64,000 bases of DNA from Nitrospirota bacterium. Lineage in GTDB: Bacteria > Nitrospirota > UBA9217. Positions 39,459 to 49,678 of the stretch are shown here, in pieces. A model generated the notes under the pieces. That model saw only the letters and a program-made list of their open reading frames with translations, searched no databases and was not told the origin of the DNA. Numbering within the stretch: the stretch's first letter is position 1; each line of letters starts with the position of its first letter. A program made the position numbers and the translations under genes. Location of the stretch: assembly GCA_963790205.1 (NCBI GenBank), contig CAWBNQ010000003.1, positions 64,001 through 128,000 of the forward strand, read 5' to 3'.

Positions 39459-39697
39459 CGGGGCCGCCGCGCTGCTTTTAAGTTCTGCCGATTCTGCATC
39501 TGATGCGAGAGGATAGGCGTGCCAGCCTATCCTTTTCATGTTTACCCCGGCAGAACACGCCGCCGATTCCCCGGCGGCGGTTGACAAGCTGCATACACGG
39601 GTGGTCTTCGCCGGTACAGGGACGTTCGGTCTTATACGCTGTTCTCGAACAGGGTTTATCCGGCCGGCAGCCCGGTCCATTCAAATACGGCCGTTGC

Positions 39698-39771
39698 TCG
39701 GGGATCGTCTAATGGTAGGACAGAGGCCTTTGAAGCCTTTAATCGGGGTCCGACTCCCTGTCCCCGAACCA
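39698..39771 (+). tRNA. tRNA-Gln (TTG)
   Basis: Acceptor TCGGGGA/TCCCCGA, anticodon arm GAGGC-CTTTGAA-GCCTT, T arm CGGGG-TCCGACT-CCCTG, encoded CCA; usual position before prs. Confidence 0.93.
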
Positions 39772-39791
39772 GTCAGTGAAACGAGGAATCG

Positions 39792-40745
39792 ATGGTCATG
39801 GTGAGGAAACGGGAACTCAAGATATTCTCGGGAAATGCGAACCTCGGGCTGGCCAAGGACATCTGCGCGAAGATGGGCATCCAGCTCGGCAACGCGGTCG
39901 TCGGCAGGTTCTCCGACGGCGAGATCAACGTGCAGATCGTGGACAACGTGCGCGGCATGGATGTCTTCGTGGTGCAGCCCACGGCGAGCCCGGTGAACCG
40001 GCACCTCATGGAGCTGCTCATCATGATCGATGCGCTCAAGCGCGCCTCGGCAACCAGGATCACGGCCGTGCTGCCCTACTACGGGTACAGCAGGCAGGAC
40101 CGCAAGGTGCAGCCCCGGGTGCCGATCACGTCCAAGCTGGTGGCGGACCTGATCACGGCCGCCGGGGCCAGCCGGGTGCTTACCGTGGACCTTCACGCGG
40201 GCCAGATCCAGGGGTTCTTCAACATCCCCGTGGACAATCTCTTCGCGTCGCCGGTGCTGCTCGATTATATCCGGGGGAAAAAGTTCAAGAACCTGACGGT
40301 GGTCTCGCCCGACGCCGGCGGCGTGGAGCGCGCGCGCGCGTTCGCGAAGCGGCTCGACGCGGCGCTCGCCATCATCGACAAGCGGCGGGACAAACCGAAC
40401 GAGGCCCAGGTCATGCACATCATCGGCGATGTCAAGGGGCACGACTGCCTGCTTCTCGACGATATGGTGGACACCGCCGGCACCCTGACCGAAGGCGCGG
40501 CGGCGCTCAAGGCGAACGGAGCGGGAAAGATCTGCGCGGCCTGCACGCACGCGGTGCTCTCCGGCCCGGCCATCCAGCGTATCAATGAGTCCGCGCTCGA
40601 CGAGCTGATCACGACGAACACCATCGCGCTCGACAGCAAGCAGCAGGAATGCAAAAAACTGACGGTCCTCTCCGTGGCGCCGCTTCTGGCAGAGGCGATC
40701 ACGAGGATCCACGAGGAGACGTCGCTCAGTTCGCTCTTCGTATAA
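39792..40745 (+). CDS. prs: Ribose-phosphate pyrophosphokinase
   Basis: [44 protein letters not shown]. Confidence 0.97.
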   Translation: MVMVRKRELKIFSGNANLGLAKDICAKMGIQLGNAVVGRFSDGEINVQIVDNVRGMDVFVVQPTASPVNRHLMELLIMIDALKRASATRITAVLPYYGYSRQDRKVQPRVPITSKLVADLITAAGASRVLTVDLHAGQIQGFFNIPVDNLFASPVLLDYIRGKKFKNLTVVSPDAGGVERARAFAKRLDAALAIIDKRRDKPNEAQVMHIIGDVKGHDCLLLDDMVDTAGTLTEGAAALKANGAGKICAACTHAVLSGPAIQRINESALDELITTNTIALDSKQQECKKLTVLSVAPLLAEAITRIHEETSLSSLFV

Positions 40746-40754
40746 AAATTTGGC

Positions 40755-40799
40755 GGTTTAAACCGCTTAAACCGTTTGAACAGTTTAAACGGCTTCATC
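40755..40799. repeat. Five degenerate 9-bp tandem repeats
   Basis: GGTTTAAAC CGCTTAAAC CGTTTGAAC AGTTTAAAC GGCTTCATC. Confidence 0.7.
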
Positions 40800-40808
40800 G
40801 GAGGAGAA

Positions 40809-41576
40809 ATGGAAAAGATAGCATTATCAGCACAAGTAAGGGAAAAGGCGGGCAAGGGCGTTGCCCGGGGCCTGCGTCGGAACCAGATGGTGCCGGCGGT
40901 CCTGTACAGCCACGGCAAATCCACGCCGCTCGCCATGGGTGATAAAGAGGTCACCAAGGTGCTTAATACCGAAGGCGGCGAGCACGCGCTCATCAATCTC
41001 AAGCTCGAAGGGGCAAAGGGTGCGGCCGACCGCCTGGCCCTGATCAAGGACTACCAGGTGGACCCCATCAGCGGCAAGCTCATCCACGTGGACCTCATGG
41101 AAGTCGCGATGAATGAGAAGGTGAAGATCCAGGTGGCCGTGCATGTTACGGGCAGTTCTATCGGCGTCAAGGAAGGCGGCATCTTCCAGTACGGCCAGCG
41201 CCATCTCGAAGTCGAATGCCTGCCGGGCCAGATCCCCGATTTCATCGAGGTCGACATCTCGGCGCTCAAGATCAACGAGTCGCTCCACGTCCGGCACATC
41301 AAGGCCGGCGAAGGCATCAAGATCCTGACCGATCCGGATGCGACGGTCGCGACCATCCAGCCGCCGATGTCGGAGGCCAAGCTTGAGGAAATGCTGACCG
41401 CGACACCGGCAGCGGCAGCGGAGGGCGGCGAGCCCGAGCTCGTTAAGAAGCCCAAGAAAGAGGGCGAGGCTGAGGCGGCACCGGCTGCCGAAGCCAAGGG
41501 CGCGGGCGCTGGGAAAGAGGCGGCCGCTGCTCCCAAAGCCGCTGCTCCCAAGAAGGAAGCCGCACCGAAGAAGTAA
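40809..41576 (+). CDS. rplY: 50S ribosomal protein L25/CTC
   Basis: R...GKG.AR.LRR...VPAVLY, Q.DP....IHVDL, GVKEGG, CLP..IP; Ala/Lys tail; SD GGAGGAG. Confidence 0.95.
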   Translation: MEKIALSAQVREKAGKGVARGLRRNQMVPAVLYSHGKSTPLAMGDKEVTKVLNTEGGEHALINLKLEGAKGAADRLALIKDYQVDPISGKLIHVDLMEVAMNEKVKIQVAVHVTGSSIGVKEGGIFQYGQRHLEVECLPGQIPDFIEVDISALKINESLHVRHIKAGEGIKILTDPDATVATIQPPMSEAKLEEMLTATPAAAAEGGEPELVKKPKKEGEAEAAPAAEAKGAGAGKEAAAAPKAAAPKKEAAPKK

Positions 41577-41708
41577 CAGTGAATACAAGCATCAAATAAC
41601 AAATAAATCTCAAGCACCAAGGACCAGTTTTCAAACGTTTCGGAAATTTAAATTTCATACTTGGATATTATTTGAGATTTGTGATTTGAAATTTGGAGCT
41701 TGCATTTC

Positions 41709-42272
41709 GTGAAGATCATCGTCGGTCTCGGCAACCCGGGCAGAAAGTACGAACGCACGCGTCACAACGCGGGCTTCATGGCAGTTGACGAGCTTGCCGG
41801 CATCCTGCGCGCGGAGATTACGCAGGAAAAACACCACGCCCTGATCGGCCGGGCACGGATGGGTTCCGAAGAGGCCGTCCTGGTCAAGCCGCAGACGTAT
41901 ATGAACGAGAGCGGCAGGGCCGTGGCGGCGCTCCTCCGGTCCGCGTACGCGGAAGCGTCGGACCTTATCGTGCTCCATGACGAGCTGGACCTGGCGCTGG
42001 GAACCGTCCGCGTAAAGACCGGCGGGGGGCACGGCGGGCACAACGGGCTCCGCTCCATCATCGAACATATCGGGACCGCCGACTTTGTCCGTATTCGCAT
42101 CGGGATCGGCAGGCCGGGGCCCGGCATCGATCCTGCCGATTATGTCTTGAGTCCCTTTCTCGTCGAGGAGCGGCGGGCAGTGCCGGAGATCATGGCGCGC
42201 GCAGCTGAAGCGGCCAGGGCGATCGTTGTGGAAGGCCCGGCGCGGGCCATGAATAGCATTAACAAGAAGTAA
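41709..42272 (+). CDS. pth: Peptidyl-tRNA hydrolase
   Basis: IVGLGNPG..Y..TRHNAGF, KPQTYMNESG, HDELDL, GGHNGL. Confidence 0.96.
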   Translation: MKIIVGLGNPGRKYERTRHNAGFMAVDELAGILRAEITQEKHHALIGRARMGSEEAVLVKPQTYMNESGRAVAALLRSAYAEASDLIVLHDELDLALGTVRVKTGGGHGGHNGLRSIIEHIGTADFVRIRIGIGRPGPGIDPADYVLSPFLVEERRAVPEIMARAAEAARAIVVEGPARAMNSINKK

Positions 42273-42419
42273 TCGTTCAGAAGCCCGGACCTGAAGGACC
42301 ATTCCGACAGCTCCGGGTTTTTTGTTGTCGAATCCGCGGCAGAGACAGGAGAAAAGACGTTTCTCGCGGAGGCGCGGAGTCCGCGGAGAGAACTCGGTAA
42401 GGCGCCAGATGTCAATCAG

Positions 42420-42610
42420 ATCGGTCCCTTTCGAAAATTTCAGGCAGGCGACCGAGTTTGAGGGTGAAGCATTTCGGATATCTGAGCCCGAAGGGCGAGT
42501 TCCCGAAATGTACCGAGGACGACCGAGCATGCCGTTAAAGAATTTTCGTAGGGTGCCCTTTTTGGGGTCACCTCTTGGGCACGCAAGAAAGGTGACAAAG
42601 AGCGTGACTG
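42420..42610. repeat. Probable non-autonomous dispersed repeat (boundaries approximate)
   Basis: TCTGAGCCCGAAGGGCGAGTT core and GTCACCTCTTG...CAAGAAAGGTGAC hairpin; core resembles 32726-32752 on the opposite strand. Confidence 0.45.
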
Positions 42611-42668
42611 GCGGTGCAGAAAAAGAAAAGCTTTTCTTGGTGTCTTTGTGGTGAACAAGGAGTAGAAA

Positions 42669-43763
42669 ATGGGTTTTAACTGCGGCATCGTCGGCCTGCC
42701 GAACGTGGGCAAGTCGACCATCTTCAACGCGCTTACTTCCGCGGGCGCGCAGGCCTCGAACTATCCCTTTACCACCATCGACCCGAACGTGGGCGTGGTG
42801 GACATGCCGGACGAGCGTCTCGACAAGCTTGCCGAGATCTACGTGCCGAAGAAACTGACGCCAACGAGCATGGAGTTCGTGGACATCGCCGGGCTGGTGA
42901 AGGGCGCTTCCCAGGGCGAGGGGCTCGGGAACAAGTTCCTCGCCAATATCCGCGAGGTGGACGCCATCGCGCACGTGGTGCGCTGCTTCGAAGACCCGAA
43001 CGTTATTCACGTTGCGAACAAGGTTGATCCGAAAGCGGACATCGAAGTGATCGAGGCGGAGCTCATGCTGGCCGACCTCGACGCGATCGAGAAGCGGCTG
43101 TACAAGGCCGAGAAGCTGGTCAGGACCGCGGACAAGAAGACCGTTGATGAAGTGGAGTTCATGCGGCGGCTCAAGGACATGCTCGCGAAGGGCGAGCCCA
43201 TCCGCCGGGCGACCCATTCCGATGAAGAGACGCTGTGGCTCAAGACCTACGCACTTTTGTCCTCCAAGCCCGTGCTCTACGTGGCGAATGTTGCCGAGGA
43301 CATGGTGGACAAGCCGAACCCGTTCGTGGACGCGGTCAAAGCGATCGCCGATATCGAGGGCGCCCGGGTCGTGGTCATCTCGGGCCAGGTTGAGGGCGAG
43401 ATCGCCCAGCTCCCGAAAGAAGAGCGACAGGACTATTTAGCGGGCATGGGGCTCAAGGAATCGGGTCTGGATCGGATGATCCGGGCAGGCTATGAGCTCC
43501 TGGGCCTTATCACGTATTTTACTGCCGGCAAGGACGAAGTGCGCGCCTGGACCATCACAAAAGGGACCAGGGCGCCCCAGGCCGCGGGCAAGATCCACAC
43601 CGACTTCGAGAAAGGCTTCATCCGCGCCGAGGTGTTCCATTACGACGATCTGATGAAGCTCAAGACCGAACAGGCGGTGAAAGCGGCCGGCCTGCTCCGC
43701 TCCGAGGGCAAGGACTACGTGGTCAAGGACGGGGACATCATGCTCTTCCGGTTCAACGTGTAA
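42669..43763 (+). CDS. ychF: Ribosome-binding ATPase YchF
   Basis: [44 protein letters not shown] end. Confidence 0.97.
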   Translation: MGFNCGIVGLPNVGKSTIFNALTSAGAQASNYPFTTIDPNVGVVDMPDERLDKLAEIYVPKKLTPTSMEFVDIAGLVKGASQGEGLGNKFLANIREVDAIAHVVRCFEDPNVIHVANKVDPKADIEVIEAELMLADLDAIEKRLYKAEKLVRTADKKTVDEVEFMRRLKDMLAKGEPIRRATHSDEETLWLKTYALLSSKPVLYVANVAEDMVDKPNPFVDAVKAIADIEGARVVVISGQVEGEIAQLPKEERQDYLAGMGLKESGLDRMIRAGYELLGLITYFTAGKDEVRAWTITKGTRAPQAAGKIHTDFEKGFIRAEVFHYDDLMKLKTEQAVKAAGLLRSEGKDYVVKDGDIMLFRFNV

Positions 43764-43989
43764 AACGCGCCGGACAGCTTCCATCCTCAATCATGCCTCC
43801 TGCAGTGCCATTCCTCACGTAATACCAACATTAACCTCAGAGTTCACGGAGAAATCCTCAGGTCTCAAAAGGTTAAAGGCCCGTTACGGCATACTGTGCC
43901 GGGCGGGACTGAAAAAATACTTATGATGATGAAGGATGGTGCCTGTTCAAAAGGGGGGACTGTTGATTCCGGGGGGCCCGCCCGAAGGC

Positions 43990-44475
43990 TTACGCCTTTT
44001 CGGCGTATACGACCTTCTGGAGCGCGTTTTTATTGATATAGCGGATCTTCCCGTCCATTTTGATGCTCAGGAACTGCTGCGGCAGGTTGAGACAGTCGGA
44101 AAGACGGGCCCGCTCCAAGGGCACTTCGGCCAGGAGCGCGCCGCTGACCGCGGCATCGTTCACAAGGACCACCGTGACCTCTACACTGTACATAAGGCTG
44201 AGGGCCAGGCTGTCTTTTTCCGCATCAGCGGAATAGGCAAGTTCGACGATCCTGACATTCTTCTTATTGATGAACTCGGTCGCGCCGCCCTTGTTCAGGC
44301 GCAATGGGAAAAAAGTGTTTCCAGTCTCGAGAAAGGCGGTGACTTTCTGGAGCAGTGTCAGCTCCGGCTGAGAGTATTCCAGAAAGATGGTCCCATCGAG
44401 CACGCCGCCGCCGCTCAGATGCACCGTCACGTCCTGCCTGTCTTTCGGTACCGCCAGCGCAGCTTGGTCGCTCAT
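43990..44475 (-). CDS. Hypothetical protein with two similar small beta-domains
   Basis: Halves V.V.L..G..L.G...FINKKNV and V.V.L.....SG...YINKNAL; directly after pilT with an SD. Confidence 0.7.
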   Translation of the reverse strand: MSDQAALAVPKDRQDVTVHLSGGGVLDGTIFLEYSQPELTLLQKVTAFLETGNTFFPLRLNKGGATEFINKKNVRIVELAYSADAEKDSLALSLMYSVEVTVVLVNDAAVSGALLAEVPLERARLSDCLNLPQQFLSIKMDGKIRYINKNALQKVVYAEKA

Positions 44476-44487
44476 AAACCGTCCTGC

Positions 44488-46023
44488 CTATAGTTCGTTG
44501 ATATTGCCCGTCAGATTCAACGCTATGTTCTTGCTCTTGAGCATGGTGACGAAGCCGGACTTATCAATGGCCTTGATGTAGGCTTCCTCCGGGGCCACCT
44601 GCTTGTCCGCGACGAGCTTGAACAGGGCATCGTTCAAGAGGCTCATTCCCTGCCCCTTCGCGGTCTGCATGATCGAGGGAATCTGGAAGATCTTTCCTTC
44701 CCGGATGAGGTTCGAAACCGCGCTGTTCACGAAGAGGATCTCCATGGCGGCCACCCTGCCTTTGGTGGTTTTTTTACACAGTGTCTGGGCGATGACCCCC
44801 TTGAGCGAGCTGGCGAGCATGGTCCGGATCTGGGCCTGCCGGTCCGCGGGGAACTGGTCGATGATGCGGTCCACGGTCGAGGCCGCCGTGGAAGTATGGA
44901 GCGTGCCGAACACGAGGTGTCCTGTTTCCGCCGTCTCGATGGCGATGGAGATCGTCTCGAGATCGCGCATCTCGCCCACGAGCACGATGTCCGGGTCTTC
45001 GCGGAGCGCGGCGCGGAGGGCATTGCTGAACGACTCGGTGTGGACGTGCACTTCGCGCTGGTTGATGAGACAGTTTTTCCTGTCATGCACGAACTCGATC
45101 GGGTCCTCGATCGTAATGATATGGTCCTTGCGGTGGCGGTTGATGTAATCTATGAGGGCGCAGAGGGTCGTGGACTTGCCCGAGCCGGTGGGGCCGGTGA
45201 CGAGGACGAGGCCCTTGCTCAGGAAACAAAGGTCGAGCACTTCCTTGGAGAGGCCGAGTTTTTCCGCCGTCACGATCTCCATGGGTATCTGGCGGAAGAC
45301 GGCGCCCATGCCGAAGCGGTCCATGAAAAAGTTCACCCGGAACCGGGCCAGGCCCTCGATCTCGTGCGCGAAGTCGGTGTCGTGGAGCTCTGCGAACTGG
45401 GTTGAGTTGTGTTCGGGCGTAATGGCGGCTAAAAGTTTTTTTATCCGCTCGGCTGTGATGACCGAATGGTCGGCGGACAGCTCCATCATGTCGCCATGGA
45501 GCCTGATCAGCGGTTTGTGGTTGGAGGTGAGGTGAAGATCGGAGGCGCCCATCTCGAACATTTTTCGGAGAAGGCCGTTGATCTCCGGCTCCTTCCCGAG
45601 CGCAGGTCTTGATTTGGCCGCAGCAGGGGATGCGGCAGCTGCTGAGGGGGCCGTTGGCCTTGCCTCTCCGACGGGGTCGGCATCCTGACCGGCCTTGATG
45701 GTATCTTCGAGAGCAACCTTATTTCCCGCATCAGTGATGGAGATTACGCTCCGCACCTGCTCGCCCTGGGTCATGAACGTGACCGTATGGCTCCTGCCGT
45801 TGTGGGTATATTCAAAGTTCGTCTGGCGCTTGGCCGCGATGTTTTCCTTGTGGACGCCGGCCGCTATTTCCGCGAGAAGACCGATGACCTGCGGGCTCGA
45901 CAGCTTCTGGTTTACCATGACCCTGGTGCCCGCGTCCGTCCGCATCATGGGCTCTTTTCCGGTCTCGAGGAGAAGCTCCTGCTGGGGCTGTAGTCGTTCG
46001 ATCAACTTGTCGAGCTGGCTCAT
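44488..46023 (-). CDS. pilT: PilT-family type IV pilus ATPase with extra N-terminal domain
   Basis: ASDLHL, RFRVN, GPTGSGKSTT, TIEDPIE, ALREDPD, VGEMRD, TLHT, AVSNLIRE. Confidence 0.88.
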   Translation of the reverse strand: MSQLDKLIERLQPQQELLLETGKEPMMRTDAGTRVMVNQKLSSPQVIGLLAEIAAGVHKENIAAKRQTNFEYTHNGRSHTVTFMTQGEQVRSVISITDAGNKVALEDTIKAGQDADPVGEARPTAPSAAAASPAAAKSRPALGKEPEINGLLRKMFEMGASDLHLTSNHKPLIRLHGDMMELSADHSVITAERIKKLLAAITPEHNSTQFAELHDTDFAHEIEGLARFRVNFFMDRFGMGAVFRQIPMEIVTAEKLGLSKEVLDLCFLSKGLVLVTGPTGSGKSTTLCALIDYINRHRKDHIITIEDPIEFVHDRKNCLINQREVHVHTESFSNALRAALREDPDIVLVGEMRDLETISIAIETAETGHLVFGTLHTSTAASTVDRIIDQFPADRQAQIRTMLASSLKGVIAQTLCKKTTKGRVAAMEILFVNSAVSNLIREGKIFQIPSIMQTAKGQGMSLLNDALFKLVADKQVAPEEAYIKAIDKSGFVTMLKSKNIALNLTGNINEL

Positions 46024-46143
46024 CAGAACCGGTCCTTAATCGTGAGATTGATGTACGTGTAGGTACCCATGAAAAGGGAATAATGGGTAAGAGTTTTCCG
46101 GAGCGCCGCAACCCGGAGGAAGGTCAAGGCTGACCGGGCGTCG

Positions 46144-46578
46144 TCAGTCCTTCTGCTGGGTTTCGTGGAGGATCTTGGATATCTCCGCCTTCAGGTTAGT
46201 CGCAATTACTTCGCCATAGAACAGGCGGGCGGTTTTTTCCACGTCATCGAGGTGCTCCCAACAGTGTTCACCATACTTGGCGTGAAGGTCGTCGATTTTC
46301 TTGATCAAGGTCGTGGCCTTGGCCCCGAGCATCTGCTGCGCCAGCGCCGTGATGAGGTCCTTGCACTCGTGTGATACCTGGATGAAATTGCCGGCAAAGA
46401 GCCGCTGGAGAGCTTCTTCGAGGCCCTTGAGTCCCCGGAACATGGTCCGGATATCTTCTAGCGATTTTTTCCCGTCTATCTGCACAAGGATGTTTCTACA
46501 GATCGGGGTCAGATCCTTCGGCGCGTTCTCGACCGCGGAACGTCCCTTTTGCGTCAATACGGGAATTCCCGATTCCAT
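46144..46578 (-). CDS. Hypothetical protein (winged-helix-like N-terminus)
   Basis: LT.KG...L....R.IL..IDG..S; SD GGAGG. Confidence 0.65.
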   Translation of the reverse strand: MESGIPVLTQKGRSAVENAPKDLTPICRNILVQIDGKKSLEDIRTMFRGLKGLEEALQRLFAGNFIQVSHECKDLITALAQQMLGAKATTLIKKIDDLHAKYGEHCWEHLDDVEKTARLFYGEVIATNLKAEISKILHETQQKD

Positions 46579-46618
46579 GGTGCCCTCCGAGCTTCAGCAT
46601 AACCATCGTGTCGTCGCG

Positions 46619-47239
46619 CTATACGAACAGTGTGACCGTGGCACCCATCCCGTATTCAAGGAACGTCGCCAGACCGCCGAATTCGATGCCGTCGATCAGG
46701 TCCTGCTTCTTCATGCCGAGCACATCCAAAGTCATCTGGCAGGCGACGAGTTTGACGCCGGAGTCCCGGGACATGTCCAGGAGCTCTTTGATGGTGGGCA
46801 CGGCCTGCTTCTTAAACATACCCTTCATCATCATCGATGCCATGGAGGTCATCCCCGGCAGGGCACCGACCAGGTTCGGCACCGGCATCGGCATGGCGGG
46901 GTTGGCAAGGGGGGCGACCTTGAGGTTCGCGTTTTTCTTCAGGATGTTGACGCCGTACAGGGTGAAAAAGATCGAGGCTTCGATACCCATGCTCCGCGCG
47001 CCGGTAGCGAGCAGAAGCGGAGGGTATGCCATGTCGAGCGTCCCTTTCGACGCGATGATGGCCGCGCGGTTCTTGCGGGCTTTCAACTCCACTTCGTGGA
47101 CCTTGCCCTCGACGGCCTTGATTTTCTTCGTTAACGAGTCATACACCTGGCGCGAGGCCTCAACGATGCGCTGGTCGATATATGCGTTCACCTGCGCCCG
47201 CAGCTTCGGATCAAACTCTTTATCCAGCTCTATCGCCAT
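46619..47239 (-). CDS. DsrE2-like (DsrE/DsrF/DrsH family) sulfur-relay protein
   Basis: IIASKGTLDMAYPPL, IFFTLYG, KLVACQMT.D, G.ATFL. Confidence 0.85.
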   Translation of the reverse strand: MAIELDKEFDPKLRAQVNAYIDQRIVEASRQVYDSLTKKIKAVEGKVHEVELKARKNRAAIIASKGTLDMAYPPLLLATGARSMGIEASIFFTLYGVNILKKNANLKVAPLANPAMPMPVPNLVGALPGMTSMASMMMKGMFKKQAVPTIKELLDMSRDSGVKLVACQMTLDVLGMKKQDLIDGIEFGGLATFLEYGMGATVTLFV

Positions 47240-47240
47240 A

Positions 47241-48344
47241 TCAGCCTCCCGCGCCGGTCAGTTCGTTCATAAGAATTTTGACTGAAATGATCTTGTCGAC
47301 CCGCGAAGCGTTCGTGCCGACGGTGTAGAGAGCTTCTTCCTCGTTCGCGTTATATCCGCTGGAGCTCAACAGCCCGTTGCAGATACAGAAGTAGTTCTCA
47401 TTGCTTTCCTTGGCCGGGCAAACGGAATATTTGCCCTCGGAATCCTTCATGAGCACGTAGCCCTTGTCGCACTTCGGCTTCCGCAGGCGCTGCAGCGCGG
47501 AGACGTACATGGGAGACTGCTTGATCACCCTGAAGGGCAGACCGCAGGGCGATCCCGGCCGATGGGCAACGACGATGTCCTCTTCCTTTGCCTGAAGTAC
47601 GGCCTCTTTGTAGGCCGGGGTGGCGCTGCTTTCCTCGGTGGCGAGAAACCGCGTTCCCATCTGCACGCCGTCGGCGCCCATGCCCATGAATTTGACGATA
47701 TCGGCATGCGTGTAGATCCCGCCGGCGACGATAACGGGGAAATCGCCGCACTTCATGGCCATCTCCTTGACCGGCGGCAGGAGGTTCTCGAGCCTGTTGG
47801 CCTCGAGTTCCACCTGGTCGATCCTGAAGCCCAGGTGCCCGCCGGCAAGCGGGCCTTCCAGAACAACGGCATCAGGCCGGTATCCCAGCTTCTCCCATTT
47901 TTTGCAGATGATATCGAGCGCCCGGGCCGATGAAACGATCGGGACCAGGGCCGTGTCCTTCGGCGGCTGAATGGCAGGCAGACCGATCGGCAGACCGGCG
48001 CCGGAGATGATCGCATCCGCCCCGGCGTCAAGCGCCCCTTTTACCGAATCGCTATAATCCCTGACGAGGGCGGCCATAATATTGATGCCGGCGAAGCCGG
48101 TTTCTCTTTTTGAGAGAGAGACCTCCTGATACGCCGCTTCGTAAGTGTTTACTTTTTTTCCGGTCCTTTTTGAAACAAGACGGTCAAGGCAGGCGCTCGA
48201 TATGATCCCCAGACCGCCCTCGCGCGCAACCGCCTGCGCAAGGGGATGGAGCGACACCCCGACGCCCATGCCGCCCTGGATAATGGGCACCCGGATTTTT
48301 TTCCCTTTGATGACGAGCGGCTTCAATGCCGTGAGAGACTTCAA
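47241..48344 (-). CDS. Nitronate monooxygenase / FabK-like flavoprotein
   Basis: PIIQGGMGVGVS, SGAGLP, EGPLAGGH, VAGGI, VQMGTRF; TTG start after AGAGGGG. Confidence 0.88.
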   Translation of the reverse strand: MKSLTALKPLVIKGKKIRVPIIQGGMGVGVSLHPLAQAVAREGGLGIISSACLDRLVSKRTGKKVNTYEAAYQEVSLSKRETGFAGINIMAALVRDYSDSVKGALDAGADAIISGAGLPIGLPAIQPPKDTALVPIVSSARALDIICKKWEKLGYRPDAVVLEGPLAGGHLGFRIDQVELEANRLENLLPPVKEMAMKCGDFPVIVAGGIYTHADIVKFMGMGADGVQMGTRFLATEESSATPAYKEAVLQAKEEDIVVAHRPGSPCGLPFRVIKQSPMYVSALQRLRKPKCDKGYVLMKDSEGKYSVCPAKESNENYFCICNGLLSSSGYNANEEEALYTVGTNASRVDKIISVKILMNELTGAGG

Positions 48345-48767
48345 ATGGCCCCCTCTAAAATTATTAAACGCAGACCGATGTTGAAAAATGTACCCTGGTT
48401 TTCGGCCTGCGCTTCCCAATGAAATCAACACCTAAAAACACGCAAAATTATACCATAACCCATGAGTTTATACAACCAAAGATTTTATGGCGAAGGTAAG
48501 ATTAAACATATTGGATAAACTGCTCCCTCTACGAGATGCAGAACAAAAAAATGCGCCGTTTTTTCAGATAGCTGGAGGATTCCAGCTTTTTTCTCACGCG
48601 TTTATCGGCGAATATTTATCCGGCCTTCCGTTGTTTTTTGTTATTGACGTAAAGACGAATGAGAGTTATCATACCACCTGTTTGCATGTGCTGTTTGCAT
48701 GTGCGCTTATTTCAACTGCCGCAGAGGGCTTGCGCCTCTGTGGAGAAGCGATCATTTCATAACTATC

Positions 48768-49454
48768 ATGTTTTTTTCTTTCCTATTAGCAGCCGGGTTC
48801 CTATTGGTGCCGTCCGTGGTCTTTGCCTGGGGGCCGATGACCCATATGTATCTCGGCAATGAACTTCTGTCATGCGCGCCGATGATCCCCGCCGGCATCC
48901 TCGCTCTTCTCAAAAAGCATAAGCAGGACTATCTCTACGGCAATCTCATGGCTGACATCATTATCGGCAAGAAGTATCTCCCCGGCGATAAAAGTTCTCA
49001 CTCGTGGGACGTGGGGTTGAAGCTCCTGGACCAGGCCAAATCGTGGCCCGAACGGGCCTTTGCCTACGGGTATCTGGGCCATCTTGCCGCCGATACCGTG
49101 GCCCATGAAACACTGACCGATGAAATGGGGAACATGGGGCACACCTGGGCCGAGCTGAAAGCCGACAGCCTGATAGACAAGGCTTACTGGCTCCAGACCG
49201 TCACGATCAGCAAGGCTGTTCGCAAGCGCAGCGACCTGCTTCTGGAGAACTCCCTTGACCGCTATGTCTTCTCCTTCAAGACCAACCGGCGGATATATAA
49301 AAGCATCGTTTTTCTCTCGTTCCTGAACAAGAAGAGAAGGCGCGGGGTGGACCGGATGCTTATCCACGAGCTTCACGAAGAGTCCCTGGCGCGCATGGTC
49401 GATCTGCTCAAGCACGGCACTGAATCTTCCGTACTCACCAAAAACCCGCTCTGA
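48768..49454 (+). CDS. Zinc-dependent phospholipase C family protein
   Basis: Signal peptide, then AWG.MTH, G...AD, H.W, GYLGHLAADT.AH, H..AE. Confidence 0.82.
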   Translation: MFFSFLLAAGFLLVPSVVFAWGPMTHMYLGNELLSCAPMIPAGILALLKKHKQDYLYGNLMADIIIGKKYLPGDKSSHSWDVGLKLLDQAKSWPERAFAYGYLGHLAADTVAHETLTDEMGNMGHTWAELKADSLIDKAYWLQTVTISKAVRKRSDLLLENSLDRYVFSFKTNRRIYKSIVFLSFLNKKRRRGVDRMLIHELHEESLARMVDLLKHGTESSVLTKNPL

Positions 49455-49678
49455 TGTTTGTTCCGGCAAAGAATGCCGCCGGCCGCCGGCGGTGATCATT
49501 ACCTCCTTGACAATCCAGGAGGAATACATTATAGATACTCATTATTTTACACGATACGTGCCGTCTCGCCCGTCCGGCCCCCGATCTGCGGGAACGACGC
49601 TGCAAGAGGAATTCAGCGCGGCCTCGTGATCGTGAGCGACGGCGATCGTGACCGAAGCCGCCTGCAAAGGTATTTGCC

